64,000 nt of DNA from Oscillospiraceae bacterium (GCA_015063535.1 SVTY01000005.1:23808-87807), one strand, 5' to 3'. Positions 37,121 to 48,822 are shown, numbered from the stretch's first letter. The notes: generated by a model from the sequence alone, not told the origin. Made by a program: numbers and translations.

Positions 37121-38641
37121 TCACAATATATAATATGCCGTATTTTCGGTGATCCGATCGGGAGAGACGTGGTATCTCTTTGCCACCGTCCACGCCGTAT
37201 CCTCCTCGGAAGGATAGTAGACCACCATCCGATGGTCATTCGATTCCACCGCTTCCCCAAACCGAACGGCGGATACCGTATGAATACAGTCGGTACCCAT
37301 AAAATCGGCAACCACCGACAGCTCCGCATCCAGATTCAGCGTCTCGCCGTCTGTGCGGGCACGGCAGGAGATCACTTCAGCCGTAGCGTCAAAGCCGGTC
37401 ATCGGCACCTCTCCTCCCTCGGTCTCATACCGCAGGGGCAGTGTCACCTCCGCTACCGAGTATTCTCCCTCTCTCTCACACAGTAGCACATAACGGCTCT
37501 GTCCGCTCAGGATCAGCTTTTCTCCCTCTTGCGTGCATTGCTCGGGCTGTACACTTCCCCACACACCCACGACAGATGCCCCTTCGGGGATATTCAGCCC
37601 CTCCAACGGGATCCGCTCGCTTTGGGAAAGATTCCGATTTTCGCACCGCAGAGCGATCGGCAAGGCATACTCCTTCCGCTCGCATACGCTTTCCACCTCT
37701 GTGGAATACAGATCCTCGGTATAGCGCACCGAACGGTTGCAAAAGCCTCTTGCCTCCAAAAGGACGTCCACCTCGCACAAAATCCGTCCCTCCTCCACGT
37801 TGACCGTGATGTCGCTGACCGTTCCCGTCGCCCGACAAGTGCTGTCCGCTTCCATCCCGTCCAGCTCGATCTCACCCGACAGGGGCAAACGGCGGTGGAT
37901 CCACTCGGTCGCTCCGTTTTCCCGACCGATCATCAAGTGAAGCATCACATCTCCCGATACCGAAACCGTTCCCTCTCCTGGTCGGATCTCACCGATCAGC
38001 ACCGCACCGTCGGCAGAGATCACTCTCGTATCCTCTGTCATACCGCCGATCTCCTCACAAAGGCGGATCGGCTCCGAAATATTTGCGGCGATCTGCGCAT
38101 TCTGCGCCTCTCCCCACAGCCGCAAGATGCTCTGCGGCTCTGCCGAGCCGCTGTATTCCGTCTCGGCACTCATCTGCCCGAACACTCGTACATGAGACCT
38201 CATCCGACACCGCATGCTTACCTTTCTCGGTGAGGTCACTCTGGCATTGACCGGCTCACAGACCGTGCTGACCAACGCCGTCACGCCTTCATTCAGATCA
38301 AACTCTCCCGTCTGCTCCAGCGGCACCGTAAAGCCGTATTCTCCCGACAGAGGCAGGCTGTAAAGTCCTCCGTCCGCTCCCACATACATCCCTTGAAGAT
38401 CGACCGTTCCGTTCATTTCCACCGTTCCGCCGCCGATATACTTGGCGGGCGGCAATACCGTCGGTGCCACATACAAGAGCCGTCGGATCTCGGGCTGATA
38501 ATCGGGGAGTGTATAGTCCACCGACACCTCCGAATTGACGACCCGATCGCACAGAGGCATGACCAGCCGTACCGCCTCCTCTGCGCCCATGGAACCGTTC
38601 CGCTTCAATTCATCCATTCCGCCTATCCCGTTCATCTCCAT
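37121..38641 (-). CDS. DUF3794-type protein with C-terminal LysM-like domain (SipL-like spore morphogenesis candidate)
   Basis: 506 aa. Repeated beta-rich modules starting with the YTLPDYQPEIRRLL signature. C-terminus MVVYYPSEEDTAWTVAKRYHVSPDRITENT is LysM-like. Confidence 0.45.
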   Translation of the reverse strand: MEMNGIGGMDELKRNGSMGAEEAVRLVMPLCDRVVNSEVSVDYTLPDYQPEIRRLLYVAPTVLPPAKYIGGGTVEMNGTVDLQGMYVGADGGLYSLPLSGEYGFTVPLEQTGEFDLNEGVTALVSTVCEPVNARVTSPRKVSMRCRMRSHVRVFGQMSAETEYSGSAEPQSILRLWGEAQNAQIAANISEPIRLCEEIGGMTEDTRVISADGAVLIGEIRPGEGTVSVSGDVMLHLMIGRENGATEWIHRRLPLSGEIELDGMEADSTCRATGTVSDITVNVEEGRILCEVDVLLEARGFCNRSVRYTEDLYSTEVESVCERKEYALPIALRCENRNLSQSERIPLEGLNIPEGASVVGVWGSVQPEQCTQEGEKLILSGQSRYVLLCEREGEYSVAEVTLPLRYETEGGEVPMTGFDATAEVISCRARTDGETLNLDAELSVVADFMGTDCIHTVSAVRFGEAVESNDHRMVVYYPSEEDTAWTVAKRYHVSPDRITENTAYYIL

Positions 38642-38757
38642 CTCTCCTTTGATCCAAAATACGTTACGCTAAATTCTATGCAACCTCTGTCACGTTTAGA
38701 CCTTCAAAAAAATTCTTTGTTTTTCTCGGTTTTTCTTCGCTTTCGGGTGCTTTTTTG

Positions 38758-38786
38758 TTGACACCGCCCCAAGAAAATGGTATAAT
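38758..38786 (+). promoter_or_regulatory. Predicted sigma-A promoter of PHP gene
   Basis: TTGACA-17 nt-TATAAT with TGG upstream. Confidence 0.55.
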
Positions 38787-38829
38787 AATATCTGTATGAG
38801 CTTTTTCAAAGAAGAAAGGACGAGTTGTC

Positions 38830-39843
38830 ATGAAACGAACACTGCTCTCTCCCCACACTCCGCAATACCGTGCCAATCTACATAGCCACAGCACTCTGTC
38901 GGATGGAAAATTGACACCGCAAGAGCTAAAGGAAGTGTATCGCTCCCGAGGATACTCGATCCTTGCCATTACCGACCATGAATACCCCTGCGATCATTCC
39001 GACCTGAATGAGCCGGATTTTCTGTTGCTGACGGGCTATGAGGCGCACCTCCGCCCCAATCCGTCCTTCGATCCGTATCAGTCTGAGATTCATATGAACC
39101 TGTTTGCCAAGGATCCGCATAATGAAACCATCATCTGCTACACTCCTGCATACGGAAAGTACATGCCCGAACAGTGGCTGGCGCAGCTACGCCGTGTAGG
39201 CTCTGAGTGTCCCAGAGAATACTCGATCGACTATGCTCAGAAGCTGATCGACACCGCCGTTGCCAACGGTTATTTGGTTAGCTATAACCATCCTGTTTGG
39301 TCGATGGAGGCGGAGGAAACGATCCTGTCCTACAGGAACATCTTCAGCATCGAAATCAGCAACTATAATTCCTTTATAGACAATCATCTGGAGCATTCGG
39401 GTGCTCTGTACGATAAAATGCTCCGTATGGGCATGCGCCGCTTTTGCCATGCGGGAGACGACTGCCACAATAAATTCCCCATCACCTCTCCCCGTTCGGA
39501 CTCCTTCGGCGCATGGACGATGATCCTTGCCGAGGAGCTGACCTATGAAGCTGTGATCAATGCCATGGAGAACGGCGATATGTACGCCTCCATGGGGCCC
39601 GCCATTTACGAGGTATCCTTTGAAAATGACAACGTGTTTGTCTCTTGCTCCCCCGCCGCCAAGATCATTGTCTACGACGGAAGCAAGCGCCCTTCCTTTG
39701 AGCCGGCAGACGAAGGCTCCCTGTTGACCGAGGCGATCCTTCCCCTGCGGGAGGAAGCCCCCTATTTTCGGGTAGGTGTGGTCGATGAACGGGGACGGAT
39801 CGCTACCACCCGAGGATTTTTCCGTGACGAATGGAAAAGCTGA
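38830..39843 (+). CDS. PHP-domain metal-dependent phosphoesterase
   Basis: ANLHSHSTLSDGKLTP and ILAITDHE motifs. Confidence 0.7.
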   Translation: MKRTLLSPHTPQYRANLHSHSTLSDGKLTPQELKEVYRSRGYSILAITDHEYPCDHSDLNEPDFLLLTGYEAHLRPNPSFDPYQSEIHMNLFAKDPHNETIICYTPAYGKYMPEQWLAQLRRVGSECPREYSIDYAQKLIDTAVANGYLVSYNHPVWSMEAEETILSYRNIFSIEISNYNSFIDNHLEHSGALYDKMLRMGMRRFCHAGDDCHNKFPITSPRSDSFGAWTMILAEELTYEAVINAMENGDMYASMGPAIYEVSFENDNVFVSCSPAAKIIVYDGSKRPSFEPADEGSLLTEAILPLREEAPYFRVGVVDERGRIATTRGFFRDEWKS

Positions 39844-39899
39844 CCTCGTACACATCCCCATAAATTTAAAATAAATTTGAAGCAAGGAGGAAATTGTCC

Positions 39900-41237
39900 A
39901 TGGTGACCGTAACCGATGTCCGCCGTCACAGCCGTGCCGCCAAGGCAGGTATCAAGGTCGGTGATATTTTGGTATCCATCAACGGGCGAGAGATCGGTGA
40001 TGTACTGGACTACCGCTTTTATCTGGCAGAGGAGCGCATTGAGCTTGCTCTGCTCCGAGATGGCCATGCCCTGCGCAAGCACATCAAAAAAAAGGAATAC
40101 GATGACATCGGTCTGGAATTTGAAACGCCGCTGATGGACAAAAAGCACTCCTGCGAAAACAAATGCGTGTTCTGCTTCATCGACCAATTGCCGAAGGGCA
40201 TGCGCTCCACCTTGTATTTCAAGGATGACGATTCCCGTCTCTCCTTCCTGCACGGAAACTATATTACCCTGACGAACCTCCGTGACCGTGATATTCAACG
40301 GATCATCGACATGCATATCTCTCCCGTCAACGTGTCGGTGCATACCACCAATCCCGAGCTTCGGGTGAAAATGATGAAAAACAAACGGGCAGGCGAGGTT
40401 CTTTCGTATCTGTCGCTTCTTGCCGAAAACGGTATTGCTCTGCGGGGGCAGATCGTCCTTTGCCGAGGAATCAACGACGGCGAAGAGCTGACCCGCACCA
40501 TGAACGACTTGAAGGAGCTGTACCCCGCTTTGGAAAGTGTTTCGGTGGTTCCGGCAGGACTGACTCGCTATCGGGAGGGACTGTATCCCTTGGAGCCCTT
40601 CTCCCCCGAGGAGTGCGCCGCTGTCATCCGACAGGTGGAGGACTTCGGCGAGCGTTGTCTGGACACCTGCGGCTCACGCCTGTTCTATCCTGCCGATGAG
40701 TGGTATCTCCAAGCAGGGCTTCCCCTGCCGAGAGACGAATTTTATGAGGAATATTCGCAGATCGAAAACGGTGTCGGTATGCTGACCGATCTGCAAACAG
40801 GCTTTGATTGCGAGCTGGCAAGCTTGTCGGACTGTCTGACAGAGGTCAAACTCCCGAGAACCGTTTCCTTGGCAACGGGATATGCCGCCTATGACCACAT
40901 CCGCCGCCTGTGCGACAAGCTGTGTGCCGCCGTTTCTGGGCTGACCGTTCATGTATATGCCATCCGAAACGATTTCTTCGGCGAACAGATCACCGTAGCC
41001 GGACTTCTCACCTATGCCGACCTTGCGGCACAGCTGAAGGGACAGCCCTTGGGCGACATGCTGTTTTTCCCCGCCGCCACGCTGCGAGCGGAGGGAGATG
41101 TATTTTTAGACGACCGCTCTCCCGAAGAGCTGTCGGCGACACTGGGCGTTCCCTGTTGCCCCTTGGGCAGTGAGCCGAGCGCATTCATACACGGAATTTT
41201 AGGAGTCGATCCGAATGCGATCGACCATCGCCAATAG
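39900..41237 (+). CDS. DUF512 protein (PDZ + radical-SAM-like domain)
   Basis: PDZ-like AGIKVGDILVSINGREI. CENKCVFCF cluster. Conserved position upstream of der in Clostridia. AAGGAGG 9 nt before ATG 39900. Confidence 0.7.
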   Translation: MVTVTDVRRHSRAAKAGIKVGDILVSINGREIGDVLDYRFYLAEERIELALLRDGHALRKHIKKKEYDDIGLEFETPLMDKKHSCENKCVFCFIDQLPKGMRSTLYFKDDDSRLSFLHGNYITLTNLRDRDIQRIIDMHISPVNVSVHTTNPELRVKMMKNKRAGEVLSYLSLLAENGIALRGQIVLCRGINDGEELTRTMNDLKELYPALESVSVVPAGLTRYREGLYPLEPFSPEECAAVIRQVEDFGERCLDTCGSRLFYPADEWYLQAGLPLPRDEFYEEYSQIENGVGMLTDLQTGFDCELASLSDCLTEVKLPRTVSLATGYAAYDHIRRLCDKLCAAVSGLTVHVYAIRNDFFGEQITVAGLLTYADLAAQLKGQPLGDMLFFPAATLRAEGDVFLDDRSPEELSATLGVPCCPLGSEPSAFIHGILGVDPNAIDHRQ

Positions 41238-41253
41238 AAAGAAGGTAGATACT

Positions 41254-42585
41254 ATGGGAAAACCCGTCATTGCCATTGTAGGCAGACCGAATGTGGGAAA
41301 AAGCACCCTGTTCAATAAACTCATCGGAGAGCGCCGCTCTATTGTAGAGGATACCCCCGGCGTGACCCGCGACCGCATTTACGGCGAGACCGAATGGTGC
41401 GGCAAAAAGCTGATCGTCATTGACACAGGCGGTATTGAGCCCAAGACCGATGACATCATCCTCAAGCAAATGCGCTTTCAGGCAGAGGTCGCCATCGAGT
41501 CAGCGGATGTCATCGTCTTTATGTGCGATGTTCGCACGGGACTGGTGGCAGACGACCGTGACATTGCCGTTCTGCTGCAAAAAAGCGGAAAGCCGATCAT
41601 CCCCTGTATCAACAAATGTGACAGCGTGGGGGCACTTCCTTTTGAATTTTACGAATTTTACGAGCTTGGCTTTGAGACCGAACCCATTGCTGTCTCCTCT
41701 GTTCACGGAAGCGGAACAGGAGATCTGCTGGATGCCGTTTTGGAAGCCTTGCCCGAGACAGATACCGACGAGGAGGACGACGACAGCATCAAGGTCGCCG
41801 TGATCGGCAAGCCCAATGCGGGAAAATCCTCCATCATCAACAAGCTCTTGGGTCAGGAACGCCTGATCGTCTCGAACATTGCGGGAACCACGCGGGATGC
41901 GGTGGATACGCACATCGAAAATGAAGCGGGCCGCTTTACCTTTATTGATACGGCAGGCATCCGACGCTCCGCCAAGATCAACGATAAGATCGAAAAATAC
42001 AGCGTTCTGCGGGCGCATATGGCGGTTGAGCGAGCAGATGTATGTCTCATTATGATCGACGCAGGCACAGGCATTACCGAGCAGGATGAAAAGATCGCGG
42101 GGATCGCCCATGAGGCAGGAAAGGCTTCCATCATTGTCGTCAACAAATGGGATTCGGTAGAAAAGGATACCAACACCGTGAACCGCTTCAACGATACGAT
42201 CCGCACCGCCCTCGCCTATATGCCCTATGCCCCCATCGTCTATGTATCGGCGCTGACGGGACAGCGGCTCCATACTCTGTACGATCATATCCGCTACGTC
42301 CACAATCAAACCAATACACGCATCGCCACAGGTATGCTCAACGATGTCCTTGCCGAGGCGACCATGAAGGTACAGCCCCCCTCCGATAAGGGAAAACGCC
42401 TGAAGATCTACTATATGACACAGATCTCGGTCGCTCCCCCCACGTTTGTTCTGTTCTGCAACAATGCGGAGCTATTCCATTTTTCCTATCAGCGATATCT
42501 GGAAAATTGTTTGCGGCAGACCTTCGGCTTTGGCGGTACGCCCATCCGACTTTTGATTCGGGAAAAAGGAGAGGATAAAAAATGA
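41254..42585 (+). CDS. der: Ribosome-biogenesis GTPase Der (EngA)
   Basis: Two G domains (GRPNVGKSTLFN, GKPNAGKSSIIN) and a KH-like C-terminus. Confidence 0.95.
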   Translation: MGKPVIAIVGRPNVGKSTLFNKLIGERRSIVEDTPGVTRDRIYGETEWCGKKLIVIDTGGIEPKTDDIILKQMRFQAEVAIESADVIVFMCDVRTGLVADDRDIAVLLQKSGKPIIPCINKCDSVGALPFEFYEFYELGFETEPIAVSSVHGSGTGDLLDAVLEALPETDTDEEDDDSIKVAVIGKPNAGKSSIINKLLGQERLIVSNIAGTTRDAVDTHIENEAGRFTFIDTAGIRRSAKINDKIEKYSVLRAHMAVERADVCLIMIDAGTGITEQDEKIAGIAHEAGKASIIVVNKWDSVEKDTNTVNRFNDTIRTALAYMPYAPIVYVSALTGQRLHTLYDHIRYVHNQTNTRIATGMLNDVLAEATMKVQPPSDKGKRLKIYYMTQISVAPPTFVLFCNNAELFHFSYQRYLENCLRQTFGFGGTPIRLLIREKGEDKK

Positions 42586-43271
42586 ATGCTAAGGGGATCT
42601 TATTTGATTTCAACGGTACCCTGTTGTTTGATACCAATCTGCACATCAAGTCCTTCGGGCAGATTTTGCTGCAATTCGGCGCAAAGCCGATCTCCGAAGA
42701 ACAGCTAGTCAAAACGATTTTGGGAAAAACAAACAGACGACTGTATGCAGAATTGATTTCCCCGCAGTTCACCGAGGAAGAGCTGCAAGCCTTTGTCCAA
42801 ACAAAGGAAAACGAATACTTTCGGCTTTGTCTGGCGCTGGGCGAGAATTTTCGCTTGGCAGACGGTGTATGCGAGATGCTCGACTTTCTCAAAGACAACC
42901 ACATTCCCTATTGCCTTGCCACCGGCTCGGAGCGAATGAATGTGGAATTTTATATGGAGCATTTGAATCTTGACAGATGGTTTGATTGGGAGCATATCGT
43001 TTACGAAAACGGAAGCTTTCCCGGCAAGCCCGCCCCCGACATTTACCGCATTGCGGCAGAACGGCTGGGACTTTCTCCCGCCGAATGCTTGGTGTTTGAG
43101 GATGGCACAGCGGGTATCCGTTCGGCAAATGCGGCGGGTGCAGGGGCGGTCATCGCCATATACGAAGCCGGGCTTCCCTCCCCCCTGACCGAGGATACAC
43201 ATGTCGAGGATGTGCTCTATGACCACAGTCAATGGAAAAACACACTTGCAAAATACGGTTTATTGAGGTAA
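42582..43271 (+). CDS. HAD-IA hydrolase (beta-phosphoglucomutase-family-like)
   Basis: ILFDFNGTLLFDT, ATGSE, FEDGTAGIRSANAAG. Confidence 0.7.
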   Translation: MNAKGILFDFNGTLLFDTNLHIKSFGQILLQFGAKPISEEQLVKTILGKTNRRLYAELISPQFTEEELQAFVQTKENEYFRLCLALGENFRLADGVCEMLDFLKDNHIPYCLATGSERMNVEFYMEHLNLDRWFDWEHIVYENGSFPGKPAPDIYRIAAERLGLSPAECLVFEDGTAGIRSANAAGAGAVIAIYEAGLPSPLTEDTHVEDVLYDHSQWKNTLAKYGLLR

Positions 43272-44555
<1,284 letters not shown>

Positions 44556-44595
44556 GCACTCCTTGCATCATTTTATAAAAAAGGAAGGTACCGTT

Positions 44596-45126
44596 ATGAA
44601 CATCTGGCACGATATTGATCCTGCCGTCATCACCCCCACCGACTTCAACGCAGTCATTGAGATCCCCAAGGGATCCTCCTGTAAGTATGAAATGGATAAA
44701 TATACGGGTCTGCTCCGTCTGGACCGTGTCCTGTATACCTCCACCCACTACCCCGCCAATTATGGCTTCATTCCCCGCACCTATGCCGATGATGGCGACC
44801 CCTTGGACGTCCTTGTCCTGTGCGAACAGCCCATTTATCCCATGACGCTGATGCGGGTCTTTCCCATCGGGGTCATGCGTATGATCGACAGCGGCGCACT
44901 GGACGATAAGATCATTGCCGTTCCCTTTTCCGACCCTACCTACAATCACATCCGAACCATCGACGAGCTTCCGCCCCATATCTTCGATGAGATCATGCAC
45001 TTCTTCTCGGTCTATAAGCAGCTGGAAAATAAACAGACTGCCGTCAAGGAGCTGTTCGGCCCCACCGAAGCCAAGCAGATCATCCAAGACTGCATTGCGT
45101 TATACCAACAAACCTTTGTCAAATAA
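44596..45126 (+). CDS. ppa: Inorganic pyrophosphatase (family I)
   Basis: MNIWHDI..., IEIPKGSSCKYEMDK, YPANYGFIP, DGDPLDVLV. Confidence 0.9.
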   Translation: MNIWHDIDPAVITPTDFNAVIEIPKGSSCKYEMDKYTGLLRLDRVLYTSTHYPANYGFIPRTYADDGDPLDVLVLCEQPIYPMTLMRVFPIGVMRMIDSGALDDKIIAVPFSDPTYNHIRTIDELPPHIFDEIMHFFSVYKQLENKQTAVKELFGPTEAKQIIQDCIALYQQTFVK

Positions 45127-45132
45127 CTCCTC

Positions 45133-45163
45133 GCAGAACCTCCCTTGCGGAGGTTCTTTTTTC
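45133..45163 (+). terminator. ppa terminator
   Basis: AGAACCTCC-cttgc-GGAGGTTCT followed by TTTTTT. Confidence 0.75.
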
Positions 45164-45240
45164 ATCCGCTCTCTCCCTTTTTTATGACAGTTTATGACAT
45201 TTGTACATATACTGATCGTGAAGGTAAAAACCTTCAGATA

Positions 45241-45582
45241 ATGATAGAAAGGCAGACTGACAACATGTATATGGACGACGATACCATGACCCCACGCGAT
45301 CGGATCACGGACAATATGCTTCGGCGCATGCTGGACGGCACAAGCGAATCAAGCGGCGACCGCTATTCCCCCAACGTCGGCACCTCGCCCCACGCCAATA
45401 AGCCCGCCCGCACCACATGGGGCTTGGAAAATTATCCTCTTGCCTCGGTTTACGCTCCGCTTCAGGTTTTCCGCAATCTGTACGATCGGGACACCGCCTT
45501 AATGAAGGGTACGATCTTTACCGAATTGGATCTTCCCTTTATGGGACAGACCGTCATGAAAGGAGGCAACTGCCGTGGTTGA
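45241..45582 (+). CDS. cotJA: Spore coat-associated protein CotJA
   Basis: LASVYAPLQVFRNLYDRDTALMKGTIFTELDLPF matches the CotJA signature. Start uncertain. Confidence 0.7.
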   Translation: MIERQTDNMYMDDDTMTPRDRITDNMLRRMLDGTSESSGDRYSPNVGTSPHANKPARTTWGLENYPLASVYAPLQVFRNLYDRDTALMKGTIFTELDLPFMGQTVMKGGNCRG

Positions 45583-45697
45583 CAGAAGCTCTCGCCAAAT
45601 CAGGCAAACCGCCAATATCACCCAACCCTCCTGCAACGGAGACATGCACGGCACCGTGCGCCCCGGTAGCTGTCAGCAAGGAAACGGCAGTCACGGA

Positions 45698-45961
45698 ATG
45701 GAAAGCAGCGCTTGTAAAGCCTTACTTCATCGCTTGCAGGCGTTGGATTTTTCCATCATCGACACCGTACTGTATTTGAATGCGTATCCGGATTCCCGAG
45801 AAGCGCTTGCCTATTATCAAAAGCTGGTTGCCGAGCGTGATTCGCTCAAAATGGGCATGGCACAAACCTGCCACTCCCCCGTTACCGCCTTTGAAAACGC
45901 AAGCACTGACAGTTGGGACTGGATCAACGGTCCCTGGCCTTGGGAAGCCTCGGCTAACTGA
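45698..45961 (+). CDS. cotJB: Spore coat protein CotJB
   Basis: LLHRLQALDFSIIDTVLYLNAYPDSREALAYYQKL and INGPWPWE. Start uncertain (track ORF begins at 45575). Confidence 0.75.
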   Translation: MESSACKALLHRLQALDFSIIDTVLYLNAYPDSREALAYYQKLVAERDSLKMGMAQTCHSPVTAFENASTDSWDWINGPWPWEASAN

Positions 45962-45983
45962 ATGAGAAAGGAACGATTTTGCC

Positions 45984-46586
45984 ATGTGGATCTATGAAAA
46001 AAAGCTTGAATATCCTGTAAAAATAAAAAATCCCAATCCTCAGTTGGCGCAGATCATCATCAGTCAGCTCGGCGGTCCCGACGGGGAGCTTGCCGCATCC
46101 ATGCGGTATCTAAATCAGCGCTACGCCTCGCCGTACGATAAAGTAACCGGCATTCTGACCGATGTTGGCACAGAGGAATTGGCACACCTTGAGATCGTGG
46201 CGGCGATCCTTTATCAGCTGACACGCAATCTCACTCCGGATCAAATTGCCGGAACTCCCTTCGCCACTTATTTTGTGGATCATACCACGGGACTTTACCC
46301 CGTAGCCGCCTCCGGCGTCCCCTTCGACATGAAATATGTCGGCATTAAAGGCGATATCCTCACTGATCTCAATGAGGACTTGGCAGCAGAGCAAAAGGCA
46401 CGCACCACCTATGACAACATCCTGCGTCTGACCGATGACCCGGATGTACGGGATCCCATCAAGTTTTTGCGGGAACGGGAGATCGTGCATTATCAGCGTT
46501 TCGGCGATGCCATCCGTATTGCACAGGATCATTTGGATTCCAAGAATTTTTACGCCTACAACCCTTCGTTCGACAAGCAACGCTGA
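45984..46586 (+). CDS. cotJC: CotJC (manganese-catalase-family spore coat protein)
   Basis: MWIYEKKLEYPVKIKNPNPQLAQ..GGPDGELAASMRYLNQRY, EELAHLEIV. Confidence 0.9.
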   Translation: MWIYEKKLEYPVKIKNPNPQLAQIIISQLGGPDGELAASMRYLNQRYASPYDKVTGILTDVGTEELAHLEIVAAILYQLTRNLTPDQIAGTPFATYFVDHTTGLYPVAASGVPFDMKYVGIKGDILTDLNEDLAAEQKARTTYDNILRLTDDPDVRDPIKFLREREIVHYQRFGDAIRIAQDHLDSKNFYAYNPSFDKQR

Positions 46587-46602
46587 CCCTCCAAAAAAGC
46601 AC

Positions 46603-46636
46603 GCAGACTCCAAGGCAAATTTGCCTTGGAGTCTGC
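46603..46636 (+). terminator. cotJC terminator (perfect 15-bp palindrome)
   Basis: GCAGACTCCAAGGCAAATTTGCCTTGGAGTCTGC. Confidence 0.7.
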
Positions 46637-46712
46637 ATAATTTTCAAAAAAAGCGGTCAATTTACATTGCCGCAACATATCTATGTAAGGAACCGAAAAA
46701 GGAGGGGCGCAT

Positions 46713-47162
46713 ATGAAACCGAAACATCGTTCAAGAAATGACCGACAGGCACAGGAACTGCTGAAGCTCCTTGCCGTTTTTCCCCATACGATCTCAGACT
46801 ATCTTTGGGCGGCGATCACACTGGGCAACAGCTTCCCCGCCCTTGCCGATCAATTTGAAGCAATGGCGCAGCAAGAAATAAAGCAATTTCGCTTGCTGGG
46901 TGAGTTGATGCTCCGTCGGGGCTTTGACCCCACCCTTCAAACATTGCTCCGCAACGGTGCAATCCTTCCGCTTCAAGGCTCACTCCGTGGAGATACCTCG
47001 GTGGAATCCCTTCTGATGGCAATGAAAAATCGCGCCGAGCAAACACTTGCCCTTGCCCGCCGAATTTTAACCGTTCCCTGTTTGGAGGAAGAGGACATAC
47101 CCGCAGAGCTTTTGACCTTGCAGGAGGAATCGCTCCGCCGCCTTGTGCGGATGCTGTCATAA
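46713..47162 (+). CDS. Hypothetical, possibly degenerate ferritin-like four-helix protein
   Basis: 149 aa, helical. The pattern DYLWAAITLG...EAMAQQEIKQFRLLGELMLRRGFDP resembles ferritin-like helices, but the metal ligands are not obvious. Confidence 0.3.
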   Translation: MKPKHRSRNDRQAQELLKLLAVFPHTISDYLWAAITLGNSFPALADQFEAMAQQEIKQFRLLGELMLRRGFDPTLQTLLRNGAILPLQGSLRGDTSVESLLMAMKNRAEQTLALARRILTVPCLEEEDIPAELLTLQEESLRRLVRMLS

Positions 47163-47165
47163 CGT

Positions 47166-47780
47166 CTAGTCGGATGCTCGCTTGGAATACACACATCCGC
47201 AATAGTTTTGTCGGTATAGCTGATACAGTTCGGACAGCTCACAGGAACGCTTGTAGCCATTTCGTTTTTTGAAATCGGACGGCAGATACGGCACCCCCGC
47301 CGTGCGCCCTTCTTCCTCCCCGATGGTGTTGAGCCACTCGGCGTTTTTATAAGGGCTGATGGACAGAGTGGTCGTAAAATATGCAAAGCCACCCTCTGCG
47401 GCGACCTCTGCTGTCTTTCGCAGACGCAACCGATAGCAATCGGCACAACGGCTTCCCCCCTCAGGAAGCTGTTCTCTACCCGAGGCAATTGCCAAAAATC
47501 GATCGGGCTCATAGCCGCCGTCAATGAGCGTGACCGTCTCATCCAACCCCATCTCTCGGATCAATCGTGCCAGCTCCGCCAAGCGAAACTCATATTCCGA
47601 ACGTGGAGAAATGTTGGGATTATAATAAAACAGCGTGATCGAAAAATACGGAGAAAGTGCCTCCAACACATAGGAGGAGCAAGGAGCACAGCACGCATGA
47701 AGCAAAAGAGTGGGACGACGTCCGTTACTGCTCTCCCGTCGGATCACTTCCTCCATCATCTGCTGATAATTCCTTTTCAT
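47166..47780 (-). CDS. queH: Epoxyqueuosine reductase QueH (DUF208)
   Basis: LLLHACCAPCSSYVLE, YNPNISP, C-terminal CGC. Confidence 0.85.
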   Translation of the reverse strand: MKRNYQQMMEEVIRRESSNGRRPTLLLHACCAPCSSYVLEALSPYFSITLFYYNPNISPRSEYEFRLAELARLIREMGLDETVTLIDGGYEPDRFLAIASGREQLPEGGSRCADCYRLRLRKTAEVAAEGGFAYFTTTLSISPYKNAEWLNTIGEEEGRTAGVPYLPSDFKKRNGYKRSCELSELYQLYRQNYCGCVYSKRASD

Positions 47781-47806
47781 ACCTTTGCTCCTATCCTTTC
47801 CTCCGC

Positions 47807-48787
47807 TCAGCCCTCTGCCTCCCGTTTGAGAAGCACCGTAAGCTCTTCAAATGCCGACGGCATCGGTACTGAAAACCGCATTTCCTTCCCCGTAGCAGGA
47901 TGGGTCAGTACCAGCTCGGTAGCAACCAGGCACTGTCCGTCGATCAGCCGTCGGTGCTTAGCCTCAAAGACCGTTCCACCTCCGCCGTAGACCGTGTCTC
48001 CCAGCAACGGATGTCCGATGGAAGACAAGTGTACCCGAATCTGATGGGTACGTCCCGTTTCCAGCTCGCACCGAACCAAGGTAAATCTGCCATATCGCTC
48101 GATGACCTGCCAATGGGTCACCGCCTCTCTGCTTTTGTAGGCGGGATCACGGATCACCGCCATCCGCTTGCGGTCAACGGGATGCCGACCGATGGGGGCA
48201 TCTACCGTGCCCGCATCCTCCCGAAAATTGCCCAAGGCAATGGCATAATAGATCCGCCGCACCCGATGCACCTTGATCTGCTCTGCCAAGGAAAGATGGG
48301 CACTGTCGTTCTTCGCCACCACCAAAAGTCCCTCGGTATCCTTGTCGATCCGATGCACGATCCCCGGACGGATGACCCCGCCGATCCCGGACAGGCTACC
48401 CTTGCAATGGTATAACAGCGCATTGACCAAGGTTCCCGTAGGATTGCCCGGTGCGGGATGCACTACCATTCCCTTTGGCTTGTTTACTACAATGATATCC
48501 CCATCCTCATAGACGATATCCAGCGGAATATTCTCCGGCTCGGCACGGTCGGGCGTAGCCTCGGGCAATATCACCGAGCAAATCTCCCCCGCCTTCAGCT
48601 TGTGCTTTTTGGAGACTGCCTCTCCGTTTACCGCAACATAGCCCGATTCCAGCAAACGCACTACTGCCGAACGGCTCAGATCGGTTTGCTCTGCCAAAAA
48701 GGCATCGATCCGCTTGCCAACGTCAAACGGTCCGCAGACAAGCTCCATGCCCTCCTCGACCGCTTCTGTGTCGATATATTCAGACAT
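47807..48787 (-). CDS. rluD: RluA-family 23S rRNA pseudouridine synthase (RluD-like)
   Basis: N-terminal S4 domain. HRIDKDTEGLLVVAKN catalytic motif. Confidence 0.85.
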   Translation of the reverse strand: MSEYIDTEAVEEGMELVCGPFDVGKRIDAFLAEQTDLSRSAVVRLLESGYVAVNGEAVSKKHKLKAGEICSVILPEATPDRAEPENIPLDIVYEDGDIIVVNKPKGMVVHPAPGNPTGTLVNALLYHCKGSLSGIGGVIRPGIVHRIDKDTEGLLVVAKNDSAHLSLAEQIKVHRVRRIYYAIALGNFREDAGTVDAPIGRHPVDRKRMAVIRDPAYKSREAVTHWQVIERYGRFTLVRCELETGRTHQIRVHLSSIGHPLLGDTVYGGGGTVFEAKHRRLIDGQCLVATELVLTHPATGKEMRFSVPMPSAFEELTVLLKREAEG

Positions 48788-48822
48788 CGTCTCACCTCCG
48801 AACCGTTTCCTTTGTTATGCTG

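Noticed and set aside
37121-37329. ORF 36910-37329 (-) overlapping the 3' end of the SipL-like gene
   Set aside because: Most of it is an out-of-frame overlap with a better-supported gene. Only its last ~34 codons look like an EEP remnant, and those are covered by the pseudogene call.
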